DNA of 50,954 nt from Candidatus Omnitrophota bacterium. GTDB taxonomy: Bacteria; Omnitrophota; Gorgyraeia; Gorgyraeales; Gorgyraeaceae. The translations under genes were made by a program, and so were the position numbers. The notes under the pieces were generated by a model that saw only the letters and a program-made list of their open reading frames with translations, was not told the origin of the DNA and ran no database searches. The DNA is taken from positions 1 to 50,954 of the forward strand of contig JAUYDX010000034.1 in assembly GCA_030691625.1 (NCBI GenBank). The letters are read 5' to 3'. Every line of letters starts with the position of its first letter. The stretch's first letter is position 1. This document shows, piece by piece, positions 18,561 through 28,519 of the stretch.

Positions 18561-19326
18561 GATGAGCATACCGTTTTATCGATACTGAGTCTTTATTGAA
18601 CTTATACTTGTTAAGATAAAATTCTCTTTTTAGATACATGTCTATTGCGAGCTTCAGATACCCTTTAGCCACTTTTAAAAACGAGGAGAATGAAACGGCC
18701 TTTGATTTTCCAGCCTCTCTCACCCCCAGGCTGTACGGCACCTCCGCGAAAAGATAACCCTTCCTGGCCAGCCTTATCAGGATATCTGTCTGAAAAAAGA
18801 AACCGCGGTCGCGGTAAGTAAAATCTGTCAGTACGCATTTTCTATATAAGACAGTGCCGTTGGTATAATTAAAGGATGTATTGAAAGTGAGGTTAATGAT
18901 AAGCTTATAAATATAAGATAATATGTTCCTGAATCCGGAGCGGGCCTTTTTATTAAAAACAAAAGGCACCACCATGTCCACGTCTTCCATGAGTTTCAGA
19001 TAGCGCATTGTCTCGTATGGATTATTTTCATTGTCCCCGGGAAGCATAAATACTATTTCTCCAGCGGCTTTATCCACCCCGTCCCAAAACGAAGCGCCTA
19101 CGCCCTGAGGCGCGGGGTGATTGAGAAGCCTGACTCTCCCGCCCCCTTTTGATATCAATCCTTCCACCAGTTCCTTTGTCTTATCGATAGAGCCGTCATT
19201 AATAACAATGACCTCTCCGGAAATCCCGAGATCGTCAAACGCCTTTAAAGTGACATCAATAGCTGTCAGGATATTTTTTTCCTCATTCAATGCCGGCATT
19301 ATTACGCTCGAAAGAATCTTGTCCAT
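18553..19326 (-). CDS. GT2 glycosyltransferase (DPM-like)
   Basis: MPALNEE, INDGSID, PGDNE, REAGKSK. Confidence 0.85.
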   Translation of the reverse strand: MDKILSSVIMPALNEEKNILTAIDVTLKAFDDLGISGEVIVINDGSIDKTKELVEGLISKGGGRVRLLNHPAPQGVGASFWDGVDKAAGEIVFMLPGDNENNPYETMRYLKLMEDVDMVVPFVFNKKARSGFRNILSYIYKLIINLTFNTSFNYTNGTVLYRKCVLTDFTYRDRGFFFQTDILIRLARKGYLFAEVPYSLGVREAGKSKAVSFSSFLKVAKGYLKLAIDMYLKREFYLNKYKFNKDSVSIKRYAHHG

Positions 19327-19346
19327 CTTAGAATGGCTCCTATCTC

Positions 19347-19838
19347 TTAAACCCGCATGTAACCGGCGCTATTACCAGTTATCCACTCGTCTACCAGCTT
19401 ATCAAACGGTTTTTCCGCAATGTACGGGTCAAATACCTTTATGTTGATCAGCTTCATCAGCGTTACATCGTCTGAAGACGAGCAATGCGAAGGCCCGAGA
19501 AATTTGAAATAGTCGTTAACGCCCGTTGCTATGAATTTGACATTGAGGCCCTGGAGCGCGACGTCGTTTCTCATCTGTTCAAGCGCCCTGTAAACCAGGA
19601 AATTCACTATTGAATATACTATCGGGATGGAACCGCTCAGGCTCATGCCAGCGGCGATGCCCACTATCCCCTGCTCCATGATGCCGCAATTAATCACCCT
19701 GTCGGGAAATTCCTTCCTGAGCTCGTCAATAACTCCGAATCCCATGTCGCATACAAGGAGGCAATACCGTTTATCTTTGCGGAAATACGGCATAAGGCAA
19801 TTGACTATATCCCTTCTGAAATTCTTCGCGTCACTCAT
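19347..19838 (-). CDS. Transketolase-like pyrimidine-binding subunit (short)
   Basis: DMGFG, NCGIMEQ, RALEQMRND, GPSH; 163 aa, lacks the C-terminal domain. Confidence 0.8.
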   Translation of the reverse strand: MSDAKNFRRDIVNCLMPYFRKDKRYCLLVCDMGFGVIDELRKEFPDRVINCGIMEQGIVGIAAGMSLSGSIPIVYSIVNFLVYRALEQMRNDVALQGLNVKFIATGVNDYFKFLGPSHCSSSDDVTLMKLINIKVFDPYIAEKPFDKLVDEWITGNSAGYMRV

Positions 19839-20649
19839 AACTCTTCCCCATTGATAATTCCTCATCTGTAGGAATACGGAAATGGAACTTTGGCACGTTC
19901 TCCATGCATTTTAAGCCGCAGCCTTTTACGGTTTCGGCAATGATAACATTGGGCCTCGTTTCTTTTGACTGCCTGGCCTTTCTTAAAACTTTTGCCAATT
20001 TTTCTGTATCGTGGCCCTGGCACACTACAGGGTCTAGGTCAAAACCTTTGAGTTTCCTGATTTTGTCGTTTGATTTTTTATCAAGGACATTCACGATAAA
20101 ATCCATTGCCCGGAGCTTATTCGAATCAATGATAACAGTGAGATTTCCCACATTATGCTTAACCGCGAACTGCAGCGCCTCCCACGTGGTGCCTTCCTGC
20201 AGTTCTCCGTCTCCCATAACGCAGAAGGTGTGATAAGATTTGCCAAGCAGTTTCGCGCCGAACGCGATGCCGACCGAGATAGGCAGGCCGTGGCCCAGTG
20301 AACCGCAGCTTGCCTCTAGTCCGTATTCAGGCCTCCGCTCTATACATCCGGATAGAGCGCTGGAAGCTGTGTAAAACTCCTTCCATTCTTCTTTAGGCAT
20401 AATGCCTTTATCAGCGAGGATCGCGTAAAGCGCGTAACAGCCGTGGCCCTTGGAAAAAACCAGCCTGTCTCTTTCTTCCCATAGAGGATCCTCGGGCTTA
20501 TACGACATCACGTCGTAATATAGCGCGACTAGAATATCCACGCAGGATAAAGACGGAGCGATGTGCCCTGCTTTATTCTTCACAGAGATTTCTATCACCT
20601 GGTCCCTTATCTCATTCGCCTTTTTCTTCAGAAAGTTTTTTTCATTCAT
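19831..20649 (-). CDS. Transketolase-like N-terminal (TPP-binding) subunit
   Basis: GHIAPSLS, DRLVFSKGH, GSLGHG, GDGELQEG..WEA. Confidence 0.92.
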   Translation of the reverse strand: MNEKNFLKKKANEIRDQVIEISVKNKAGHIAPSLSCVDILVALYYDVMSYKPEDPLWEERDRLVFSKGHGCYALYAILADKGIMPKEEWKEFYTASSALSGCIERRPEYGLEASCGSLGHGLPISVGIAFGAKLLGKSYHTFCVMGDGELQEGTTWEALQFAVKHNVGNLTVIIDSNKLRAMDFIVNVLDKKSNDKIRKLKGFDLDPVVCQGHDTEKLAKVLRKARQSKETRPNVIIAETVKGCGLKCMENVPKFHFRIPTDEELSMGKSYE

Positions 20650-20663
20650 ATACAAACAGCCTG

Positions 20664-20744
20664 CTTTACATTGAGACAATGACGCAACGTAAAGAAGTTC
20701 TCAAACAACTTGACACAGAGACATTGTCTCAATGTAAAGTTGTT
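20664..20744. repeat. Family C, long form
   Basis: CTTTACATTGAGACAATG...CATTGTCTCAATGTAAAG; overlaps stop of the 20743 gene. Confidence 0.9.
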
Positions 20745-21807
20745 AGATGAAGTTTACGTGAGGGCCGGGATTTTTAAGCTCCCAGAGATACCTATTGATC
20801 TCATCCAGCCTGCAGACCTCGCGGCATTTACTGGTGTCGAGTTCCGTGGCAGCCATTTTTAATATAGCCTGGCGCCTCTTACCCTTCATGATATCCAGGA
20901 ATTTATTTTTATACACATTCCCGTACATGAATTTTTTATTGCCCAGATACGCGCTGCAGGCGTAGACATCGCCCTCCGCTGATATATACGCCCAGAAAGG
21001 AAGCCCCAGGCAATGCCTGTAAAACCTTCCCTCCTTAAGCTTTTCCATTGTATGAGACCTGAATATTATCCTGAAATCCTTTGCGGCCAATTTCCCAAGG
21101 CTCTTTTCAAGCCCTGCAAATTTCCCGTAATCAAAACCTTTCTTTATATTGCAATAACTCATAGGGTGCTTGGAAAACGGCTTTACTGTAAAATAATCCA
21201 CGCCTATTTTTTTCAATATCCTGGCCAGCTTAATAACCTCTCCTGTATTTTCAGGTATTAAAAGCATCTGCGCGCCTATAACGCAGCTCAATTTGTTTTT
21301 CTTTTTAAAACTTACCGCCTGTTCCAAATTTGAAATGACCTTTTCAAAATCCCCTTTACGGCCGCGGTGTATCTTTTGATAGGCTTCAGGGCTCCCGGCG
21401 TTAAAACTCACCCGCACCCAGGAAAGGTCTTTAAGGCAATTTTTTATTACCATGCCATTCAGGAACACGCCGTTTGTAGTGATGGATACGTCAAGGCCCG
21501 AATGCTTTGTGAACCCTATTATATCCACTATGTCTTTATGAAGGAGCGGCTCGCCTTCACCAGCGTACATCACGCTTTTTACCCCATATTTGGCAGAGTC
21601 TTTAATAACAGTTTTCAGCACCCCTGTGTCCAGAAATCTCGGCTTATACCCTATGTAATCCAGGGCGCAGAAAATACAGCGGTGGTTACAGCCGCCTGAA
21701 GGCGCTATCTCCATGTAAATAGGCGCTATCAAATCGCCATTTTTCCACTTGGCTACCCTCTCCACATGATATATCAATTTATGGCTGTCTATCCTGAGAT
21801 TATCCAT
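20743..21807 (-). CDS. Radical SAM/SPASM protein (paralog 2)
   Basis: CNHRCIFC, GEGEPLLH, SPASM-like Cys cluster; same N- and C-termini pattern as the 17457 gene. Confidence 0.88.
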   Translation of the reverse strand: MDNLRIDSHKLIYHVERVAKWKNGDLIAPIYMEIAPSGGCNHRCIFCALDYIGYKPRFLDTGVLKTVIKDSAKYGVKSVMYAGEGEPLLHKDIVDIIGFTKHSGLDVSITTNGVFLNGMVIKNCLKDLSWVRVSFNAGSPEAYQKIHRGRKGDFEKVISNLEQAVSFKKKNKLSCVIGAQMLLIPENTGEVIKLARILKKIGVDYFTVKPFSKHPMSYCNIKKGFDYGKFAGLEKSLGKLAAKDFRIIFRSHTMEKLKEGRFYRHCLGLPFWAYISAEGDVYACSAYLGNKKFMYGNVYKNKFLDIMKGKRRQAILKMAATELDTSKCREVCRLDEINRYLWELKNPGPHVNFI

Positions 21808-22837
21808 TTTTATAGCAGATGAGCCTCCAGCTCTTAGGTCTGAAAAATATCCTCAAAGGCGCAAGAAAAAAAAGCAGGAAATTTTCCAGGCGCCTGTGCC
21901 TCGCGATAAAATGCGCGGTCTTTATTTTAAAATTTATTTTTGAGTCCCTGTTCTTGTGCCTTGTTATGTAGTCGTCTGCCAGGGACAGGAATTCTACTCT
22001 CGGCTTTTTAAAACCGCCCGCTGCCGCGCCTCTCTTCCAATCGTCTATAGTGTAAGAGGTGTCGCTAAAGCCTCTTTTACTCATCTCTTCAAAAACAGGG
22101 TGGACCTTTTCGAATACGCCCCTGGCTGACTCATTGATCAAAACGAGCCGGCCTCCGGGCTTTAAGACACGCCGCGCCTCCCTGAACAGCCTGGCTAAAT
22201 CAGCGGTGTGATGAAATACAGCTGAGCCGAACACGATATCAAACGCATTGTCAGTGAAAGGCATATCGTGCATATCAGAAAACACCCTGTCAAAGTATGA
22301 AGACTTTATAAAAAGCTCTGAGACCTTCAGGTAATTACTGATATCCACTGCCACGACACTACAGCCTTTTTTGGCGAATTTAGATGACGCGTAAGAAAAA
22401 CACGCGCCTATCTCCAGTATCCTTTCTTTTCCTGTGAGGCGCAGGTAATCCAGGGTGGCGTAAAATCTGTCTGACGCCTCTTTTATAGTCTGGAAACTCC
22501 CGCCTCTTTTAAAAAAACCGGAATCGTCTCCTTCAGGGAATGAAAGAAATTTATCCTTAAAGGTTTCTATCGTATCAGGCGTTATCCTGTAACGCTTTCC
22601 GCGCTCGTCAGCGATATATTCATCCTCATCCATTGCCTTTCTTTCGCGGACGGCGCTAAGAGGCGCGTTAGTAAAAAAATCCAGTATGCCTTTTTCTATA
22701 TTGTAAGATGCCTGGCAATGGCCGCACAAAACCCTGCCGCTCCTTATCTCCAGGCTATTTTCTTCCTGTCCTTCCAATGAAAAAGAGCTGTGGCCGCATC
22801 CTGTGCACCTCAATATCTCCAGCAGGCCTTTTTTCAT
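21800..22837 (-). CDS. SAM methyltransferase with Trm112-like zinc-ribbon N-terminus
   Basis: LRCTGC...CGHC...Y.I.KGI; LEIGA; RVLKPGG. Confidence 0.82.
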   Translation of the reverse strand: MKKGLLEILRCTGCGHSSFSLEGQEENSLEIRSGRVLCGHCQASYNIEKGILDFFTNAPLSAVRERKAMDEDEYIADERGKRYRITPDTIETFKDKFLSFPEGDDSGFFKRGGSFQTIKEASDRFYATLDYLRLTGKERILEIGACFSYASSKFAKKGCSVVAVDISNYLKVSELFIKSSYFDRVFSDMHDMPFTDNAFDIVFGSAVFHHTADLARLFREARRVLKPGGRLVLINESARGVFEKVHPVFEEMSKRGFSDTSYTIDDWKRGAAAGGFKKPRVEFLSLADDYITRHKNRDSKINFKIKTAHFIARHRRLENFLLFFLAPLRIFFRPKSWRLICYKNG

Positions 22838-23565
22838 ATCTTTTTACATATTACCATAAAATCGACGCATTTAGGCAGATTTTTTCTCTGCCATATAAAA
22901 TCATTCACCGTGATATTTTTATAGTATTTATCCACTATGTTCAGGGGGCCGGGCAGATATCTGAATATCCCGATTTTTTTAAGCCTCTCGAAAATCCTTA
23001 GTTTTTTAGTGTAAAAAAGCCCGGCTATCTCATAGTTATTGAACACCGTTTTTATAGCCGCGCTTAGATCGCTGAACGTAAATTCCTTCACGTGAAAAGG
23101 GTTTTTCGTGTACGGCCTGTTTGTCTTTTTATTCTTATCCAGGTTCAACGTGGATATAAAGACGATCCCGCCTTTTTTTAAAACCCTTTTTATGGACGCG
23201 AGGTACGCCTGGATCTCATTTTCAGGCACATGCTCTATAACCTGGAAGCTTACCACTACGTCAAACATGTCGCCGGAAAAATCCAGGTAGGAGCCGAACG
23301 ACTTCCTGAATTCCAGATTATGCCTTTTATATTTTTTTGAAGCCAACTCCACGTTCCTGTCCAGGACATCCACTGCCTTTACGCTTCTAGCGCGGCCTGC
23401 CAGGAAGTTTGCGCCGTAGCCGTCGCCGAAACCTATCTCCAGGACGTCCTTGCCTTCAACGTAAGGAAACGCGAAGTGGTACGCGCTCAGATGCCTTGCG
23501 AAAAATTTCGGCGGCGTCTCTTCAGGCAGAATCCCTGACCCGCCAGGCCTTAAATCATCTAACAT
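22834..23565 (-). CDS. Class I SAM methyltransferase
   Basis: LEIGFGDGYG, SFQVIEHV, NPFHVKE. Confidence 0.88.
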   Translation of the reverse strand: MLDDLRPGGSGILPEETPPKFFARHLSAYHFAFPYVEGKDVLEIGFGDGYGANFLAGRARSVKAVDVLDRNVELASKKYKRHNLEFRKSFGSYLDFSGDMFDVVVSFQVIEHVPENEIQAYLASIKRVLKKGGIVFISTLNLDKNKKTNRPYTKNPFHVKEFTFSDLSAAIKTVFNNYEIAGLFYTKKLRIFERLKKIGIFRYLPGPLNIVDKYYKNITVNDFIWQRKNLPKCVDFMVICKKI

Positions 23566-23580
23566 ATAATCACCTTAACC

Positions 23581-23645
23581 ACCACCTCAACCTCGCAGGT
23601 TACCTACGAGGTTACCTGCGAGGTAACCTGCGAGGTTGAGGTGGT
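23581..23645. repeat. Family B variant: perfect 25-bp inverted repeat with internal 12-bp tandem expansion
   Basis: ACCACCTCAACCTCGCAGGTTACCT-N15-AGGTAACCTGCGAGGTTGAGGTGGT. Confidence 0.85.
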
Positions 23646-23651
23646 CTATTA

Positions 23652-26147
23652 TCAGAGGAAGCCGTAGAATTTATCGGTCCTGCCTTCCATTATATCCAGG
23701 ACATTCTTTACCCTGATATCGTATGTGTGTTTTTCAATGCCCAGTCTTTCAGCCGCCTCTCTTATCTTACTACGCTCCGCATCGTGAGAAATATAATAAT
23801 CCAGTATGTCGAAAAGCTCTTCTTTGGTCTCAAACCATAATACATGCTTTTTATTCTCAGCGAGAAGCTCTATACCCTTGAATTTTTTAGTAACGTAACA
23901 CGCGCCGCACCCAAGCGCCACGAAGAACCTGTTGGACGTATAAAGCTCGTGATCAAAATCGCTCACCCCGAAAACCATCTTAGACTGGCTGTAAAACTCG
24001 GCTATGTTATTCCTGATGTTATTGCTTATCTTAAGCTGGTATCTGGATTTCATCGCCTCTATAAGCTCTCTTCTTGTCTTATGCAGGGGCTCATTGCTTA
24101 TGGCTCCGGAAAAACCTATGTCGTAAATCTCTTTCATACCCAGGCGGTGCTGGGCGTACGGGCCATAACCCTGAGGCATGTAATAAACCCTTTTAAGATT
24201 ATAAGCGGCCTTGTATTCGTCCAGCTGGCCCCTATTGGTCAGGAACATTGCGTCAATGACATTTGACAGATCCTCTTTTTTAGGATGTTCAGGGTCGCAG
24301 AACCAGTAAATCACTTTTACGCCGATCGCCTTTAAATCCAGGCTGATGTCCTTTATAAAATTAAGATTGTCTTTTAATATCACAAGCAGGTAATCAGGCT
24401 TAAATGAAAGGATCGCGTCCCTCATCTTTTTAGGGTCCTGGTTCCTCATGCCCTCTAAAAGCAGATAATCCATGCCGAGTTTTTCAAAAGACCTGGGCCA
24501 CTCGTCCCAGTCAAAACCAAGCTGACAGTATCTTAAAAGCATATACTGGCCTATAGCGCATATCCTCTTTGACCCGGGGCCCGGCTGTATTATTTTTCTG
24601 GCTCTTATCTCCGTGAAACTGTCTTTCGGCTCCAGACGATCAATGAAATACCCATTTTCATTGACTGCCTGGGCCAGGCTGCCTTTATCCATATACGGAA
24701 CCTTAATGCTTATTTCTCCTCCTTTAAAATTATCTATAAAAGGCGCTTTATAAATGAAGCTTTTTACTGAAAAAAGTTTTTTATAGCTGGCTGACAAAGG
24801 CCTGAAATCATGCCTCGTGATTGTATCGTTCAATTTATCTGAAAAATTATCTATGCTAAGGATGCACCCGGGTATGGACACCCTTCCGAGTTCCGCGAAA
24901 ATCGCGTCCAGCTCAGCCTCTGGTTTCCCTGAAACAGCGTTATGATCCAGGAGTATCCTTTTAACCGAGGCGTCTTCCAGGGGCAGATCCCTGTAAGCGT
25001 ACTTAAAAACCTTTTTATTTGATATCTTCTCGTCAATATTCACATAGCTGTAACAGGCCCGTCCGGCGCAGCCGAGATTCAGGTTTAAGAAGTTAGAGTC
25101 GTCGAGACGCGCGTATTTTTGTATTTTTATCAACTTGCCCCTGTGAAATCTTTTTAAAACCGCAAGGATTTTGAACAACGCCTCATCGTCAGTAATGATC
25201 CTGTCGAATTTCTTCTTTTTTAAAATTATCCTCAAGGCGCATCTTAGCCTGAAACCTAAAGGAAGATACCTGAACCTGGATATATTGGTGTGGACATTGG
25301 CAGGGATCTTTCCTATCGCGAATTTAGAAATGATCCAGACCCAGTTGCATTTCTGGGCCATCAGATACGTCTCTTTCTGGAGCTTCCTGAAATATTCCTC
25401 GTCCTTTTTTGTAAGTATGTACAGGGCTCTTTGAGGTTTTCCAAACATCTCGTAAAACATCTCCCTGTTTTTCTCGAACATCTCCTCGTATTCCGCCACG
25501 AGGTCAAAGGACGCGTTTTCAGCGTGCCACACGTAAGAGCCCCTGGAAAAAACAGACTTATAGCCGTTATGGAATGCCCTTATGCAGTATTCAGTATCCT
25601 CAAAATTCCCAAGGCCATACCCGACCTTTAGTATGCCGATTTTATTTATGACTTCTCTTTTAATTAAATAGCAAAATCCTATGGCTGTGGCCATTTCTAT
25701 ATACTGGCCTTTATGCCTCTTCATTAAATTTTCCGCAAATTTATCCAGGCTCATCCACCAGGGCTTTCTGGTGCCAAGGTTGTTGCTGTTCGGATTCACT
25801 ATGCCTATTTCTTTTGAGGATTCAGCCACGTTTATCATTTCTCTGAGCCAGCCTTTGCAGACAATAGTATCGTTATTGTGAAGGCATACGTAAGGCGCGT
25901 CTGAGATCTCCATACCCTGATTTGTCGCGATAGTGTAACCCTGATTTTCTTCATTTCGTATCAGAATATATCCTGGCAGGCGTTTATCATTTTTAAGTCC
26001 TTCGAGATACTCCTTGGTTTCTTTTTCACTACCGTTATCTATGATAATCAGGCGATACGGACAGTCAGTATTTTTGATAATGCTCTCCACAGCCTGCTCA
26101 GTGTAATGCTTAAGGTTCCAGACAGGAATTATAATATCGCATCTCAT
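23652..26147 (-). CDS. Multidomain glycosyltransferase: GT2 + degenerate methyltransferase-like segment + CgeB/GT1-like C-terminus
   Basis: IIPVWN, IDNGS, EDTEY; LNLGC...NID; SNRFF..LGCG...AERSKI...HTY..R. Confidence 0.72.
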   Translation of the reverse strand: MRCDIIIPVWNLKHYTEQAVESIIKNTDCPYRLIIIDNGSEKETKEYLEGLKNDKRLPGYILIRNEENQGYTIATNQGMEISDAPYVCLHNNDTIVCKGWLREMINVAESSKEIGIVNPNSNNLGTRKPWWMSLDKFAENLMKRHKGQYIEMATAIGFCYLIKREVINKIGILKVGYGLGNFEDTEYCIRAFHNGYKSVFSRGSYVWHAENASFDLVAEYEEMFEKNREMFYEMFGKPQRALYILTKKDEEYFRKLQKETYLMAQKCNWVWIISKFAIGKIPANVHTNISRFRYLPLGFRLRCALRIILKKKKFDRIITDDEALFKILAVLKRFHRGKLIKIQKYARLDDSNFLNLNLGCAGRACYSYVNIDEKISNKKVFKYAYRDLPLEDASVKRILLDHNAVSGKPEAELDAIFAELGRVSIPGCILSIDNFSDKLNDTITRHDFRPLSASYKKLFSVKSFIYKAPFIDNFKGGEISIKVPYMDKGSLAQAVNENGYFIDRLEPKDSFTEIRARKIIQPGPGSKRICAIGQYMLLRYCQLGFDWDEWPRSFEKLGMDYLLLEGMRNQDPKKMRDAILSFKPDYLLVILKDNLNFIKDISLDLKAIGVKVIYWFCDPEHPKKEDLSNVIDAMFLTNRGQLDEYKAAYNLKRVYYMPQGYGPYAQHRLGMKEIYDIGFSGAISNEPLHKTRRELIEAMKSRYQLKISNNIRNNIAEFYSQSKMVFGVSDFDHELYTSNRFFVALGCGACYVTKKFKGIELLAENKKHVLWFETKEELFDILDYYISHDAERSKIREAAERLGIEKHTYDIRVKNVLDIMEGRTDKFYGFL

Positions 26148-27268
26148 TTTAAAAAGTCCTTTATGTGTTTCACTATCATATCCTGCTCTTTTGGGGTCAG
26201 ATCAGGATAAAGCGGCAGGGTGAGTAGCTTTTTCCACACGCTTTCCACCACAGGGCAGTCTGCCTTACAGTTTTTGTACATCCTGTAATGATGGTTCGGG
26301 ATATAGTGGACGCCGGTGGAGATGCCTCTTTCCTGGAGATACGCGTTTAGGCCGTCTCTTTTTTCAGTTTTAATAGCATAGTTATGGTGGGCGCTTTTCG
26401 CGTAAGATTTTACAACCGGAGTTTCTATATCGCCTACGCCTTTTAAAAGTTCATTATACCTGAAGCTCAAGTTTCGCCTTTTATCATTCATCTTATCCAG
26501 TTTTTTGAGCTGTACCAGGCCTATTGCCGCGGGGATGTCATTAAGGTGGCATTTAAACCCTACTTCTTCCACGTCGTAATACCAGGAATATTTTTTTACA
26601 TTAATATCGTCTTCTGAGATCTCCCTGTCCCACGTGCCTTTATTTATGCCGAGCCACCTGAGTTTTTTAAGCCGTTCGTATATCTTCTGGTCATTGGTAG
26701 TGATCATCCCGCCTTCGCCTGTGGCAAGATTTTTAACGGCGTGGAACGAAAAACACGCTATGTCTCCCAGTGTGCCTATTTTCCTTCCCTTATATTCTCC
26801 TCCGCACCCGTGAGCGGCGTCTTCTATCACTTTTACGCCGCGCGACTTTGCGAGTTTTGTAATAGGGTCCATATCGCACGCGTGGCCGCCATAATGGACA
26901 GTGACTATTGCCTTTGTATTTTTGGTAATATTTTTTTCTATTTCTTTAAAGCTTATATTCAGCGTATCAGGCTCCGAGTCGCAAAAAATAGGCATAGCGT
27001 TATTATAAAGAATCGCGTGGTTCGTGGAGACAAATGTCATGGGCGTGGTCAAAACATCTCCGCTCTTTATATCCATTACGAGCATTGCCAGATGAAGAGC
27101 CGCGGTGCAGGAATTAAGTGCCACTGCGTATTTCGCGCCTATATATTTCGCAAATGCCTCCTCAAATTCCTGAGTTTTAGGCCCCAGACCCACCCATCCT
27201 GAATTCATAACCTTTTTAACCGCTTCGAATTCCTCTTTCCCGTACGAAGGCTTAAATACCGGTATCAT
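26144..27268 (-). CDS. DegT/DnrJ/EryC1/StrS aminotransferase
   Basis: NSCTAALH, EDAAH, FSFHAVKNLATGEGG. Confidence 0.92.
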   Translation of the reverse strand: MIPVFKPSYGKEEFEAVKKVMNSGWVGLGPKTQEFEEAFAKYIGAKYAVALNSCTAALHLAMLVMDIKSGDVLTTPMTFVSTNHAILYNNAMPIFCDSEPDTLNISFKEIEKNITKNTKAIVTVHYGGHACDMDPITKLAKSRGVKVIEDAAHGCGGEYKGRKIGTLGDIACFSFHAVKNLATGEGGMITTNDQKIYERLKKLRWLGINKGTWDREISEDDINVKKYSWYYDVEEVGFKCHLNDIPAAIGLVQLKKLDKMNDKRRNLSFRYNELLKGVGDIETPVVKSYAKSAHHNYAIKTEKRDGLNAYLQERGISTGVHYIPNHHYRMYKNCKADCPVVESVWKKLLTLPLYPDLTPKEQDMIVKHIKDFLK

Positions 27269-27287
27269 AACAACTCTCCTCCAGCCC

Positions 27288-27330
27288 AACAACTTGACAC
27301 TTGTGACAATGTTACAAGTGTCAAGTTGTT
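27288..27330. repeat. Family C, short near-perfect palindrome
   Basis: AACAACTTGACACTTGTGACA-A-TGTTACAAGTGTCAAGTTGTT; provides the stop of the 27321 gene (KTT*). Confidence 0.9.
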
Positions 27331-28421
27331 TTGAATTGCTCCACTACGTATCTGATCTCTTGCTCTGTCAGCTCGGGATACATAGGCAAGCTCATGATTT
27401 CTTCGCAGCACTTTTCCGCAACAGGGAAATCTCTCTTTTTATAGCCAAGTTCTTTGTAACATTCCTGCAGATGTATTGGTATCGGATAATGAATAAGGGT
27501 ACGCACGCCTTTATCAGCTAATTTTTCCATGAGGACTGCCCTATTTTTCACCCTGACTGTATATTGGTGATATATGTGCTTCGCGTAACTCTCTTCATAA
27601 GGAAGAATCATATCGAGCTTTGCCTCTTTAAATAGTTTCGTATATAAATCCGCGTTTTTTCTGCGCTTTTCATTCCATTCGTTTAGATGTTTAAGTTTCA
27701 CGCGGAGTATGGCTGCCTGCAATGTATCAAGCCTGGAATTATACCCTTTTATTATGTGCTCGTATCTGCCTTTCCTGCCATAATCATGAAGAAGCGACAT
27801 CCTGTCTTTTATTTCTTCTGAACTCGTGATCACCATTCCGCCATCCCCGAATGCGCCTAAATTCTTGGTTGGATAAAACGAGAAACACGCCGCGTCACCG
27901 AAACTTCCTACCTTTTTATTTTTATAAAGCGCTCCGTGCGCCTGGGCGCAGTCCTCAATAACCTTAAGCTTATGTTTTTTCGCGATCTGCATAATAGGGT
28001 CCATATCAGCCGGATGGCCATAGAGATGGACTAATAGAATCGCCCTGGTCTTTTTGGTAATGGCCTTTTCCAGTTTCGTGACATCAATACAATAGGTCTT
28101 TTCTTCTGTATCCACGAAAACCGGCCTTGCGCCAGCCATGGAGATCCCAAGGCTTGTGGCTATGTAAGTATACGACGGGGTTATCACCTCATCGCCTTGT
28201 CCTATGCCGCAGGCAAGGCACGCTAAAAACAAGGCGTCTGTGCCTGAATTTACGCCTATGCCGTATTTAACCCCGCAGTATTCCGCGAATTCCTTTTCAA
28301 AGAGCCCCACGTCCTCTCCCAGGATAAACCCGCCTGAAAGCATCACATTTTCAATCGGGCCTTTCAGCTCATCCTTTATCTCTTCGTATTGTCTTTTAAG
28401 CGTAAAAATATCGACTTTCAT
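27321..28421 (-). CDS. DegT/DnrJ/EryC1/StrS aminotransferase
   Basis: [35 protein letters not shown]. Confidence 0.93.
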   Translation of the reverse strand: MKVDIFTLKRQYEEIKDELKGPIENVMLSGGFILGEDVGLFEKEFAEYCGVKYGIGVNSGTDALFLACLACGIGQGDEVITPSYTYIATSLGISMAGARPVFVDTEEKTYCIDVTKLEKAITKKTRAILLVHLYGHPADMDPIMQIAKKHKLKVIEDCAQAHGALYKNKKVGSFGDAACFSFYPTKNLGAFGDGGMVITSSEEIKDRMSLLHDYGRKGRYEHIIKGYNSRLDTLQAAILRVKLKHLNEWNEKRRKNADLYTKLFKEAKLDMILPYEESYAKHIYHQYTVRVKNRAVLMEKLADKGVRTLIHYPIPIHLQECYKELGYKKRDFPVAEKCCEEIMSLPMYPELTEQEIRYVVEQFKTT

Positions 28422-28437
28422 GGTTTCTCCTGTTTTA

Positions 28438-28519
28438 CTTCTCGACTCTACTCCCGTAACCGGCTCTCGTGATCGCTCGAAAAATATTAGTGTTCGAGCG
28501 AGCGAAGCGAGTCGAGAAC
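28438..28519. repeat. Family A doublet (reverse 28438-28482 + short 28-bp forward unit 28492-28519)
   Basis: GTTCGAGCGAGCGAAGCGAGTCGAGAAC encodes the C-terminus [10 protein letters not shown] of the GT9 gene. Confidence 0.88.
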
